Shown in pieces: positions 42,063 to 52,992 of a stretch of 64,000 nucleotides of DNA. Every line of letters starts with the position of its first letter. The stretch's first letter is position 1. The DNA is from Malacoraja senta (Eukaryota). Location: contig CM075990.1 in the NCBI GenBank assembly GCA_038087875.1, positions 16,370,001 through 16,434,000 on the forward strand, in the 5' to 3' direction. The notes beneath the pieces were generated by a model. It was not told the DNA's origin. It did not search any database and saw only the letters and a program-made list of their open reading frames with translations. The translations under genes were made by a program, and so were the position numbers.

Positions 42063-43939
42063 AAAGGCCTGTCCCACTTGGGTGACATTTTCGGAGACAG
42101 CCTGAAAATAGGTTCTCGCGTTGTGACGTGGTGTGATGCGTAGTGACGCACGGTGACTCCCTGTCACCCCTGGATTTTGGAATATTCAACTGAAATATCT
42201 CCTGACCAAAGTCGTGATGTATATGACCAACTGTAGAAGTAAAACCTGGATACATCCAACGTATAGTTGTGAATGTTGCTCAATAAATAACTACAGTTCT
42301 GATACTCCATATTAAGAGCATTGATTTGCTGTTAAAATGAATTCCGGAATAACGTGTCAACGTTAGCTGTGACAATCGAACACTGCAGTTTTAATGTTTA
42401 ATAATCCATCTTTATGCATTAAATCAAATAATAACATTGGAAATTAAAACACACTTGATTGCATTCCGTTATTAAACGTAGTCAATGTTCGCTCTGAAGA
42501 TAGGTATGTTACAAAACTTACCTTCATGTCGCGCTGTAATTCTGCCACTGGCCGTGTGCGCGATTTTGGCGCCTTTAAGGGGGGGGCGGGGTTAAAACGC
42601 GGTTTCTCCTCCATTGTCCTGGTTAATATTTTGTTGGAGTACAAGCGTTGGCTGACAAAATCGTTCCTACCGGCGTTTTGTGAATTTTTTATTTTTATTA
42701 AATCGTCAATGTCAGCGCTACAGTAATTTTAAAAGCAGCTCCTGAAGCGTCAACGCCGATAACGGGGACGGATTTCACACACGGGACAGGTAAACGAAAG
42801 TGCTTTCTTTAAATGTATAAAAGTGCTTCCTAAGAAGCCTTTAATTCACATTTTGTCATGCGACACGGTGATTTTATTCCCCGAATTAACGGCAGTATTT
42901 TTCATGCCAATACGGGGTTAAATTCACCGCAAATCAACGTTCCAAAAGATCGCGTTCCAGAAATCCTCACTCGCAAGATGAATTAAATCCTCATTAATTT
43001 ACAGGTATTAAACATTCAATTCCTTCCATTTGGCCTGTAAATTCATGAAAATTAGATTTAAAAATTATGTTATATTGTGAATTATTGTGTGAATGTTATT
43101 TGGACACTTAGGCTATTTAAAAATGTTAATCTATTCTTAAGAAATTGATAGATGTTTAGATCTAGTAATTGAATTTTGTAATTAGCTACAATTAGGTAAC
43201 TAACTAATTATATGCTTTACTTTCATGTCTTCGAAGTAAGATTGTTTCATATTTGTTTCAGAATGCTTCAATCTATAATACCTGAAAATTTCTTTCGGGT
43301 ATCATAATTTTTAAGAAAGTTATGGGCTTTTAACTGTCCTCGATCACAGCTTTTGTGTTAAGTCAATGGAAAAGCAATAGGGAACTAGATGCTAATTTCT
43401 GAGTATGATAATGGCCATAACTTTTTTAATACTGAAGATATGAAAGTGAATTAAGTGTCAAATTAAACTTCTTTTTATGCTTTATCTGATGGGATAAATT
43501 GCAGACTTTATTTTTAAAATCTCAAAATTTTGTAACATTGCTACTGAAGACATTTCCAACGCAGTATGGTTGGGGGTGGGGGGGGGGGAGGAGGTGGGTG
43601 AATCAGAGCAGGATGGATAGATGGCGGGGGAGGTTGAGAAGGCAATCAATAGACAATAGGTGGAGTAGGCCATTCGGCCCTTCGAGCCAGCACTGCCATT
43701 CAATGTGATCATGGCTGATCATCCCCAATCAGTACCCCGTTCCTACCTTCTCCCCATATCCCCTGACTCTGCTGTTTTTATGAGCCCTATCTAGCTCTCT
43801 CTTGAAAGCATCCAGAGAACCTGCCTCCACCGCCCTCTGAGGCAGAGAATTCCACAGACGGTGCGGAATGGATGGATTGAGGCAGGGGAATTTGTGCGTG
43901 TAGGTTGGATTAGGTAAAATTGTGAGGGGAGAGCGCGGG

Positions 43940-44600
43940 GGATTTCAGTGGCGATCAGTACGGGATGGATGGAGGGGGGGGGGGGATCAGTACAGGATGG
44001 ATGGGAGGGATCAGTGCAAGATGAATGGGGTTACAGTACAGGATGGATGGGGGGACAGTACAGGATGAATGGGGGGGGATCAGAACAGGGCGTTGGGGGG
44101 ACAGTACAAGATGGGGGGGGATCAGTGCAGGATGGATGGGGGGACAGTGCAGGATGGGGGGACAGTGCAGGATGGGAGGATTCAGTGCAGGATCGATTGG
44201 GGTATCAGTACAGGATTAATGGGGAGATGAGTGCAGCATGAATGGGAAGATAATTACAAGATGGATGGGGGGATCAGTGCAGGATGGAAGGGGGGTATCA
44301 GTACAGGATGGGGGGAATTCAGGGCAGGGTCGATGGGGGTATCAGTACAGGATTAATGGGGAGATCAGTGCAGGATGAATGGGAAGATAATTACAAGATG
44401 GATGGGGGGGATCAGTGCAGGATAAATGGAGGGGGGACAATACAGGACGAATGGGTGAAGCAGTGCAGGATGGATGGGAAAGGGGGTCAGTGCAGGATGA
44501 ATTGTGGGACCAGTGTAGGATGGATGGGGGATGGCAGGAGAATCAATGTGAGGTGGATAGGGAGATCAGTGCAGGATGAATAGATCGAGGGGGGGGGGGG
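43940..44600. repeat. G-rich degenerate minisatellite (~20-26-bp unit GGGGGATCAGTGCAGGATGGAT)
   Basis: More than 20 imperfect copies with G-runs. Confidence 0.85.
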
Positions 44601-46879
44601 GTAGATGGGGAGGGGAGCACATGGGATGTCTGTGAGGACTGAATAGAGGCGGGAATGGGGATCAGCGGGTCAGGCAGCATCTCTGGAGAAAAGGAATAAG
44701 TGACATGAGAAGAGGGGTCCCAGGATAAGGGGGGTGGAGAGGGGGGGGGAAGTGTACAAGAGAGAGAGGGGAAGGGGCAGAGGAGGTGGGGAGGAAGGAA
44801 GGTCAGCGTTCCTCGGACAACACCGGCATCATCGCCCCGCTGCCTTGGCCGTTCCTGTCTAAGTGCCGCCGCCAAAGGGGGAGGCAGTTGGGATCTCTTC
44901 GCCACCGCCTCCCCTCCGGAGTGGCACACCGCGACCACTATGGGGGCGGGCGGGGCCGCCGTCGCCGCTACTGCTGCTGTGCAAGGCCCGACATTCACGG
45001 GGGGGGGGGGGGGGGATTCTCCCAAGTCGGCAGATCACAGTGCTGGAAATCTGTGAGAAACCTAGGCTCGGAGTCACAGCCAAAGAGAAGCGCCACAATT
45101 CAGAATTATTCAGGAGACACAGCAAGTTTCTTAAAAGGAAGGTGGGATTATTGATAGTTTATTGCTGAATGACTCACAAGGAATTATTTCACAATCTAAT
45201 TCTATTTATTTCCTGATGCGTGTCCTGAACTTTTCTATTTTGAAGAGATTCAGTATCTGCACCTTGTTTAGTTTGGTTTAATTTAGTTTAGTTTATTATT
45301 GTCATATAGTGAAAAGATTTTGCAATGAATGGAGCTTGGTTTATGGTCTCCTCAAGTAATGGATTAGATGAGAAAGAACAGGGCCAGAGGTGGCATATCC
45401 TGAAGGTTGTGCATCAATTCCTGACTCCATACACTATTTTTATCATCGACAAGTCAGAAATGGGGAGTTCGGTGGGGAACATTCAATATGTTTGGATGAG
45501 GGGAACACCAAAAACACGCACACTTCATAGGTGGAGCAGCCCATTTGATTGCCCCCCCCCCCCTCTTATATATCCATTTTCTCCTCCATGGATCCACAGT
45601 TGGTGCAGTATGGACCATCTACAAAATGCACTGCATTTGCCCACCTGGGCTAACATAACAATACCTTGCAAATCCACTTGTCTTACCATCAAGAGCAAAT
45701 GTCTTTGAGGTACTTGGCAAACTATCATTTGCAGGTCTTGCTCCAAGTTGCACATCATCCTGCTTTTAAAATATATTACTGTTCCTTCATTATAGACACA
45801 ATGAACTGCACATGATGTGATCTTTGCCTAGAACAAAGAGTAACTAAGTGGGTCAGGCAGCATGTCTGGAGGACATTAATAGGTGACTTTTCTTCAGGTT
45901 GAAGAACAAATCACTTATCCATGTCGTCCAAAGATGCTGCCTGACCCATTGAGTTACTCCAGCTCTTTATGTTCTAGGCCCTATCCCTTCATTATTGCTG
46001 GGTCTGAATCCTGAAATGGCCTGCCCAAAACATTGCAGGGGTACTTTCATCAGAAGGACTGCATCGATATCAGGAGCAGTTGGACACTGGGGAACAAGGG
46101 TTATACTTTATTTCCCTGACCACTGACAATTTTCCAGTCTATCACAGCAGCTTAGTACCACTGCAACGGGAGCCACAGCAAGCAATCTAATTGTTATGAA
46201 AAATGCCAGTGGCATTCTGAATATCAGAATGAAGTGCCTACATCAGTCTGGAAAAATCTTACAAGCAAATATGGAGACTACATTGCAATGATCTGCATGC
46301 TGCACAGCCTGGCAATAAAAAAGCAGCAAACCAGTACCATAACCTAAGAGGCACAAATGCCTGGAGTAACTCAGCCAGTCAGACAGCTCCTCTGGAGAGA
46401 AGGAATAGGTGACATTTTGGAATGAGATGATGCTTGAGCCTTTTGTCTTTCAGTTTAAACCAGCATCTGCAGTTCCTCCCTTCACACAGTGCTATATCAT
46501 CCTTTGCAAGACCATCTGCTTTGATTATCACCCACAAACGAACATCAGAGGTATATCTCATATTATGAGAGGCATGGATAGGGTAGACAGTCAGAACCTT
46601 TTTTTCAGGGTGGAAATGGCCAATACTAGAGGGCATACGTTGAGAGGTGAAAGCTTAATGGAGAAGTGCGGGGCAAGTTTTTTTACATAGAGTGATGGGG
46701 GCCTGGAATGCATCTCCATGGGTTTTGGTGGAGGCATGTACAATAGTGGTGCTTAAGAGGCTTTTAAATAAACACTTGAAAGTGCAGGGATTAGAGAAAG
46801 AAAGATTATGTACAGGCAGATGGGATCAGTTTAACTAGGCATCATGTTCAGCACAAACATTGTGGGCTGGTGGCCGTTC

Positions 46880-47190
46880 CTTCTGTCCTCGGTCTCTTCC
46901 ATTGTAAGTGTGAGGCTAATTGCAAATTCGAGGAACAGCATCTCATATTTCACATGGGCAGCACAGCCCAGTGGTTTGATTTCTCTAACTTCAAATAGCC
47001 CCATCATTCCCTCTCTCTATCCCTCCCCCACCAAGTCTCACTTGCTTCTCGTTTCCATTATCATCCTTACTGTTTTTGTATATCTTTCATTGTTCTTTAT
47101 CTCTCTACATCATCACCACAATCTCTCATTTCCCTTATCCCTAACCAGTCTGAAGAAAGGTATTGACCCAAAATGTTACCCATTCCTTCA
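46880..47190 (+). mobile_element. Degenerate Penelope 3' fragment with a degenerate hammerhead core
   Basis: Similar to 14945-15389; CTGAAGAAAGG...CAAAATGT at ~47150. Confidence 0.6.
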
Positions 47191-47195
47191 CCAAA

Positions 47196-49278
47196 GGAAG
47201 AGGAGGTGTGGTGGGATTACTGGTTAAAGAGGAGATCAATGCAATAGTCAGGAGAGACATTAGCTTGGATGCTGTAGAATCGGTATGGGTAGAACTGTGA
47301 AATAGCCAAGGGCAGAAAACGCTTGTTGGAGTTGTATACAGACCACCAAACAGCAGCAGGGATGTTGGGGATAGTATCAAGCAGGAAATTAGGGATGTGT
47401 GTAGCAAAGGTACAGCAGTTATCATGGGTGATTTTAATCTACATATTGATTGGGCCAACCAAATTAGTATCAGCGCTGAGGAGGATTTCCTGGAATGTAT
47501 ACAGGATGTTTTTTTAAGCCAAGATGTAGAGGAACCGACTGGAAGGCAGGCCATCCGAGACTGGGTATTGTGTAACGAGGAGGGATTAATTAGCTATCTT
47601 TTGTGCAAAGCCCCTTGGGCAACAATGACAATATGGTCAAATTCTGAATTAGGATGGAGAGTGACTGGGTTAATTCATAGACTAGGGTCCTGAACTTAAA
47701 GAAAAGGGACCTTGAAGGTATGAGACGGGTATTGGCTAGGATAGACTGGCAAATTATACTTAGAGGGTTGACGGTGGAGATGCAATGGCAAAGATTTAAA
47801 GATCGCATGGGTGAACTCCAAAAATTGTTCAGCCCTGTCTGGCGAAAGGCGGCTTAAAATGGGAAAGGCGGCTCAAACGTGGCTAACGAGGGAAATCAAG
47901 GATAATGTTAAATCCAAGGAAGAAGCATAATGGCCAGAGGAAGCAGCAAACTGGAGGAATGGGAGGAATTTAGAATTCAACTGAGGAGGACAAAGGGGTT
48001 AATTAAGAGGGGGGAAAAGAGCATGAAAGAAAGCTTGTGGGGAATATAAAAACTGACTGTAAAAGTTTTGTTAGAGATCTAATAAGGAAAAGATTAGTGA
48101 AGACGAATGTAGGTCCCTTATAATCAGAGACAGGTGAATTTATAATGGGAAACAGAGAAAGCGCAGAAGAGTTTAAGGAATACTTTGGTTCTGTCTTCAC
48201 TAAGGAAGATACACACAATCTCCCAGTAATACTAGGGGACTGAGGATCTAGTGGGAGGGAGGAAGTGAAGGGAATTCACATTAGTCAGGAAATGATATTC
48301 GGTAAACTTTTGGGATGGAAGGCAGATAAATCCCCAGGGCCTGATGGTCTGCACTCCAGAGTACGCAACGAGGTGGCCCTAGAAATCATTGATGCATTGG
48401 TGATTATTTTCCAATGTTCTATAGACACTGGATCAGTTCCTGTGGACTGGAGGGTAGCTAATGTAACCACTTTTTAAGAAAGGAGGGAGAGAGAAAATGG
48501 GGATTATAGACCAGTTAGCCCTACATTGATAGTGGGGAAGATGCACGAGTCAATTATTAAAGATGTAATAGCAGCGCATTTGGAAAGCAGTGACAGAATC
48601 GGTCAGTCAGCATGGATTTATAAGGGGAAATCATGCTTGACTAATCTACTGGAATTTTTTGAGGACGTTACAAGTAGAATGGATAACAGAGAGCCAGTGG
48701 ATGTGGTGTATCTGGACTTTCAAAAAGCCTTTGACAATGTCCCCCATAAGTGATTAGTGTGTAAAATTGGAGCACATGGCATTGGGGGTGGGGTAGTGAA
48801 ATAGCTAGAGAAATGCTTATCAGACAGGAAGCAAAGAGTAGCAATTAACATGTCCTTTTCAGAATGGCCGGCAGTGACTAGTAGGTGCCGCAAGGTTCGG
48901 TGTTGGGACCCCAGTTAATTACAATATATATATTAACGATTTAGATGAGGAAATTAAATGTAACATCTCCAAGTTTGCAGATGACACAAAGCTGGGTGGC
49001 AGTGTGAGCTGTGAGGAGGATGCTATGAGGCTGCAAGGTGACTTGGATAGGTTGGGTGAGTGCGCAGATGCATGGGAGGTGCAGTATAATGTGGATAAAT
49101 GTGAGGTTATCCACTTTGGTGGCAAGATCAGGAAGGCAGACGAATTATGTAAATGGTGTCAGATTAGGAAAAGGGGAGGTGCAACGCGACCTGGTTGTGC
49201 TTGTACATCAGTCACTGAAAGTAAGCATGCCGGTACAGCAGGCAGTGATGAAACCTAATGGCATGTTGGTCTTCATGC
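47196..49278 (+). mobile_element. CR1 LINE ORF2 fragment (EN-RT), many stops
   Basis: MGDFNLH, KSPGPDGLH, YLDFQKAFD, KFADD. Paralogous to 57270-59370 and ends where the ERV-like sequence begins. Confidence 0.9.
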
Positions 49279-49512
49279 TTTGACATAACCGAAAGCTTAT
49301 TACTTGGACAGGTATCCTATAGGCAGTTACGAGTAAGGGAAGGAATAGGTATTGCAGATTCGCGCAGAGGGTATGAATAATCCCCGCGTTACAGACGCCC
49401 ATATGCCGTGGAAGTCCCATGAAATAATGGCTGTACTAAACAGAATCCCTGACCGGAAGTAGTCCCCTGCTTCGTTTATAGAGTATTTGCGAACCACCAT
49501 GCGTGTATACCA

Positions 49513-49685
49513 AAGGTACACAAAAATGCTGGAGAAACTCAGCAGGTGCTGCAGCATCTATGGAGCGAAGGAGATAGGCAACGTTTCGGGCCGAAACCCT
49601 TCTTCAGATGCTGCTGCACCCGCTGAGTTTCTCCAGCATTTTTGTGTACCTTCGATTTTCCAGCATCTGCAGTTCCTTCTTTAAC
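49513..49685. mobile_element. Fold-back Penelope-derived insert with an intact hammerhead core and a 15-bp TSD
   Basis: TSD CATGCGTGTATACCA on both sides. Minus-strand CTGAAGAAGGGTTTCGGCCCGAAACGTT at ~49579-49607. Confidence 0.83.
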
Positions 49686-51914
49686 ACATGCGTGTATACC
49701 ATGCAGCCTCACGGGACTTGTGGGAGACCATACAACAGATAATCACTCCAGCTGAGAATACTGGATTTTTGGTAGCCCTAGGACATCCTATTTATGAAAA
49801 ATTGCCAGGTGCAATAATGGATAACAGTGCAAGGGAAAAGGCTGTTTTAACAGCCCTTGCAAAAACATTTGAGGAACCAGGAAATTTGTAGAGTCCTGGA
49901 ATTAAGACCAGAAAAGGCTGAAGGAGCAGACAAATTCCTGGATCGCTTTTCAAAATTATATATAGAACAATAAGGTCATTCGGACTATCAGAATGTAACA
50001 AGTTCCCCTCAATATTGTGCGGTCTTGTTGAGTTGTCTACCCACTAGAATAGCAAATTTAATCAGAACTTATAACAGGAACTGGTCTGCGAGCCGAGCCA
50101 GTCAAATAGCCAGAGCTGTGAGATATTATTGGAAAGAGGGTAGAAACCAGGAGAATTATTCTGACACCTGGAGGAAAAGTGAACGCACAGCAATGGAAGA
50201 ATTACCAACATCTAATTATGCCCCATGGATTCCCAGAGTGCCTGCAAATTACGGATTGGAAGAAATTAGGGTCCCAGACTACTCAGACTATTATCACCAT
50301 TATACTCCCAATCTTGAGCCCATTTCAATGGAACCCAGGGGTAGAATAAGACCCCCAATGCTGCCTAACCAATGCTATACTTGTGGAAGGATGGGACATT
50401 GGAGTAGGGCCTGTCCCACGAAGGAACGGATGAAAGAGAGGGGTCAGAGAAGGGATTTCCAAGATTACAAAGAAGTTAGAGATCCTAGAGAATATAGAGA
50501 CATTCTAAATCCAAGGAGTTATGGGAGGTCCCTTAATCTAAGAGACTACTGGGACCCAAGAAACCAGAGAGCGAGATGGTCTGAGTATCAAGAATCAAAA
50601 AGCCACACGGCACTTACTCAATCTAAGCCTTTCTCTCAGTCCTGACCCACCTACCCAGCTTGGAATTGTGGGCGTGAAGACATGACCCCCTATTCTAGAT
50701 ACCTCTTTAGTAATCTACCAGAATGAGCAGATTGGATATACTATTAGAGTAAAAACTGGAAATTTAATGGAAGAACATTATAAACCCTCTCATGATTATC
50801 CCAGAAACCCCCTTTGAGCAAAGACGATTATAAATCAAGGAGCTTGTTTCAACTGCACCCAATCAGGTCACTGGAGTAGGGAGTGTCCAGCGAGAAAGCA
50901 GAACATAGCTGGATTGAAGAAAAATCAAGGGGCAATAAAGAAAGTAAGAAAAGGAACATAGTAGCTAGTGTGGGAAAAGATAACAACTGAGGAATGGAAG
51001 AGGCACTAGGGAGAGAAGAAACAAACTTACTGCACAGGAAGAATGGGAGTGGGGAAATAAAGATATTGCACTAATATATTGCTGAGTTTTGTGCCTGCAG
51101 GACAGTGGGTCAACAAAAGACTGTCTGGGGAGTGAGGTAAAAAGAACACACAGACCTCTAAGAACGGGAGGAAAACAACGGAAGGTAATGTAGCTCCCCA
51201 GAGAAAGGGCGACCAGCCAGGAAGAATTGACCTTGTCATGCCCCTATAAGACACTTGGGAAGGCCAGCAATCCCCACTCCCTAGCAACAGACACCATCAT
51301 TAGAAAGGAGAAAGAATGGACCTACCCGAGTGCCTAACTTCAGATCACCTGGCTACTAGAAGGATAAAAGGAGAATTAAAAAACACTCCAAACCTCTCTA
51401 AAATGCAGGAACCCTGACAACTTATCTATATAATTAAAAGTCTAAACTTGGCCACTTCCTGTTTGCACTGTATATTGATTTTTGAAAAATGCTGCCACTT
51501 ACAGCTGTGATTTTTGGCCATCTTACTAAGAGTCCCCTTTCAGCTGTCAGGGCCAGAGGATTTTTCCCATCGATGAAAAATAAAAGACTTATTAATGTTT
51601 TAAAAATGTTGAGATTCTCTCTCCTGTCTATCATGCCATGAAGGCCACGCCCGTTCTGGTGGGAGGGGGAGGGACTCAGTCTATCCAAGATGGGGGAGCG
51701 AGAGGTCACAACTCTCAGTCTGAACTGTGAATAACACTGAACACATGCCTACTAAACAGTGAGTGTGATTTTACTGACCTGTGAGTACCCTTAATGTGGT
51801 TTGAAAATGAAGTTTGTAAATGAAAATGTGGTTTGAAAATGAAGTTTGAAAATGAAAATGTGGTTTGTTTGAAAATATGCTTGGTTTGAAAATGGAAAAT
51901 GTGCTTGGTTTGAA

Positions 51915-52328
51915 CTCGCTAGAATTTAGAAGATTGAGGGGGGATCTTATAGAAACGTACAAAATTCTTAAGGGGATGGACAGGCTAGATGCAGGAAGAT
52001 TGTTCCCGATGCTGGGGAAGTCCAGAACAAGGGGTCACAGTTTAAGGATAAGGGGGAAGTCTTTTAGGACCGAGATGAGAAAAACATTTTTCACACAGAG
52101 AGTGGTGAATCTGTGGAATTCTCTGCCACAGAAGGTAGTTGAGGCCAGTTCATTGGCTATATTTAAGAGGGAGTTAGATGTGGCCCTTGTGGCTAAAGGG
52201 ATCAGGGGGTATGGAGAGAAGGCAGGTACAGGATACTGAGTTGGATGATCAGCCATGATCATATTGAATGGCGGTGCAGGCTCAAAGGGCCGAATGGCCT
52301 ACTCCTGCACCTATTTTCTATGTTTCTA
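51915..52328 (+). mobile_element. Young CR1 3' fragment inserted in the Helitron
   Basis: SLEFRRLRGDLIETYKILKG...FFTQRVVNLWNSLP, CR1 3' UTR and a (TTCTATGT)n-type tail. Confidence 0.9.
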
Positions 52329-52479
52329 TGAAAATGGAAAATGTGCTTGGTTTGAAAATGGAAACTGCTTGGTTTGAAAATGGAAACTGTGCTTGGTTTG
52401 AAAATGGAAATGTGCTTGGTTTGAAATTCTATATAATTAAAAGTCTAATCTTGACCACTTCCTGTTTGCTCTGTATATT

Positions 52480-52628
52480 CTTCTTCTTCTTCTTCTTCTT
52501 TCGTGTGGCGTGCACAGCCTAAAGTTGTTGGACAACTTGTTCTATTTGATCTTCCGTTTGTGCACGTCGAGTTGATTGCATTAGTCGAAACAGGGCGGAC
52601 CACATGAAGGTTGCAATCTTCCACCCCA
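52480..52628 (-). mobile_element. 149-bp non-autonomous retroposon with a 5' HDV-like ribozyme, (GAA)n tail and 12-bp TSD
   Basis: TSD GCTCTGTATATT at 52468-52479 and 52629-52640; (TTC)n run on the plus strand. Confidence 0.85.
52574..52627 (-). ncRNA. Minimal HDV-like (CPEB3-like) self-cleaving ribozyme
   Basis: P1 GGGGUGG/CCGCCCU (G1-U wobble), P2 GAUUGCA/UGCAAUC, P3 ACC/GGU, L3 UUCAUGU, and CUAA directly before the P2 3' strand. Confidence 0.8.
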
Positions 52629-52654
52629 GCTCTGTATATTGAGTTTGAAAAATA

Positions 52655-52992
52655 CGAATTTGGTGACCTTGCACCCTGCTTGAAATGGTTTGAAACTGCA
52701 CTTGAATTTGTTGGCCTTGCACCCTGCTTGAAATGGTATGAAACTGCACTTGAATTTGGTGGCCTTGCCTCCTGCTTGAAATGGTATGAAACTGCACTTG
52801 AATTTGGTGGCCTTGCACCCTGCTTGAAATGGTATGAAACTGCACTTGAATTTGCTGGCCTTGCACCCTGCTTGAAATGGTATGAAACAGCATTTGAATT
52901 TGGTGGCCTTGCACCCTGCTTGAAATGGTATGAAACGGCATTTGAATTTGGTGGCCTTGCACCCTGCTTGAAGTGGCAGGAAACTGCACTGA
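52655..52992. repeat. 48-bp minisatellite (~7 copies) within the Helitron
   Basis: GCACCCTGCTTGAAATGGTATGAAACTGCACTTGAATTTGGTGGCCTT; period 48 (52671, 52719, ...). Confidence 0.92.
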
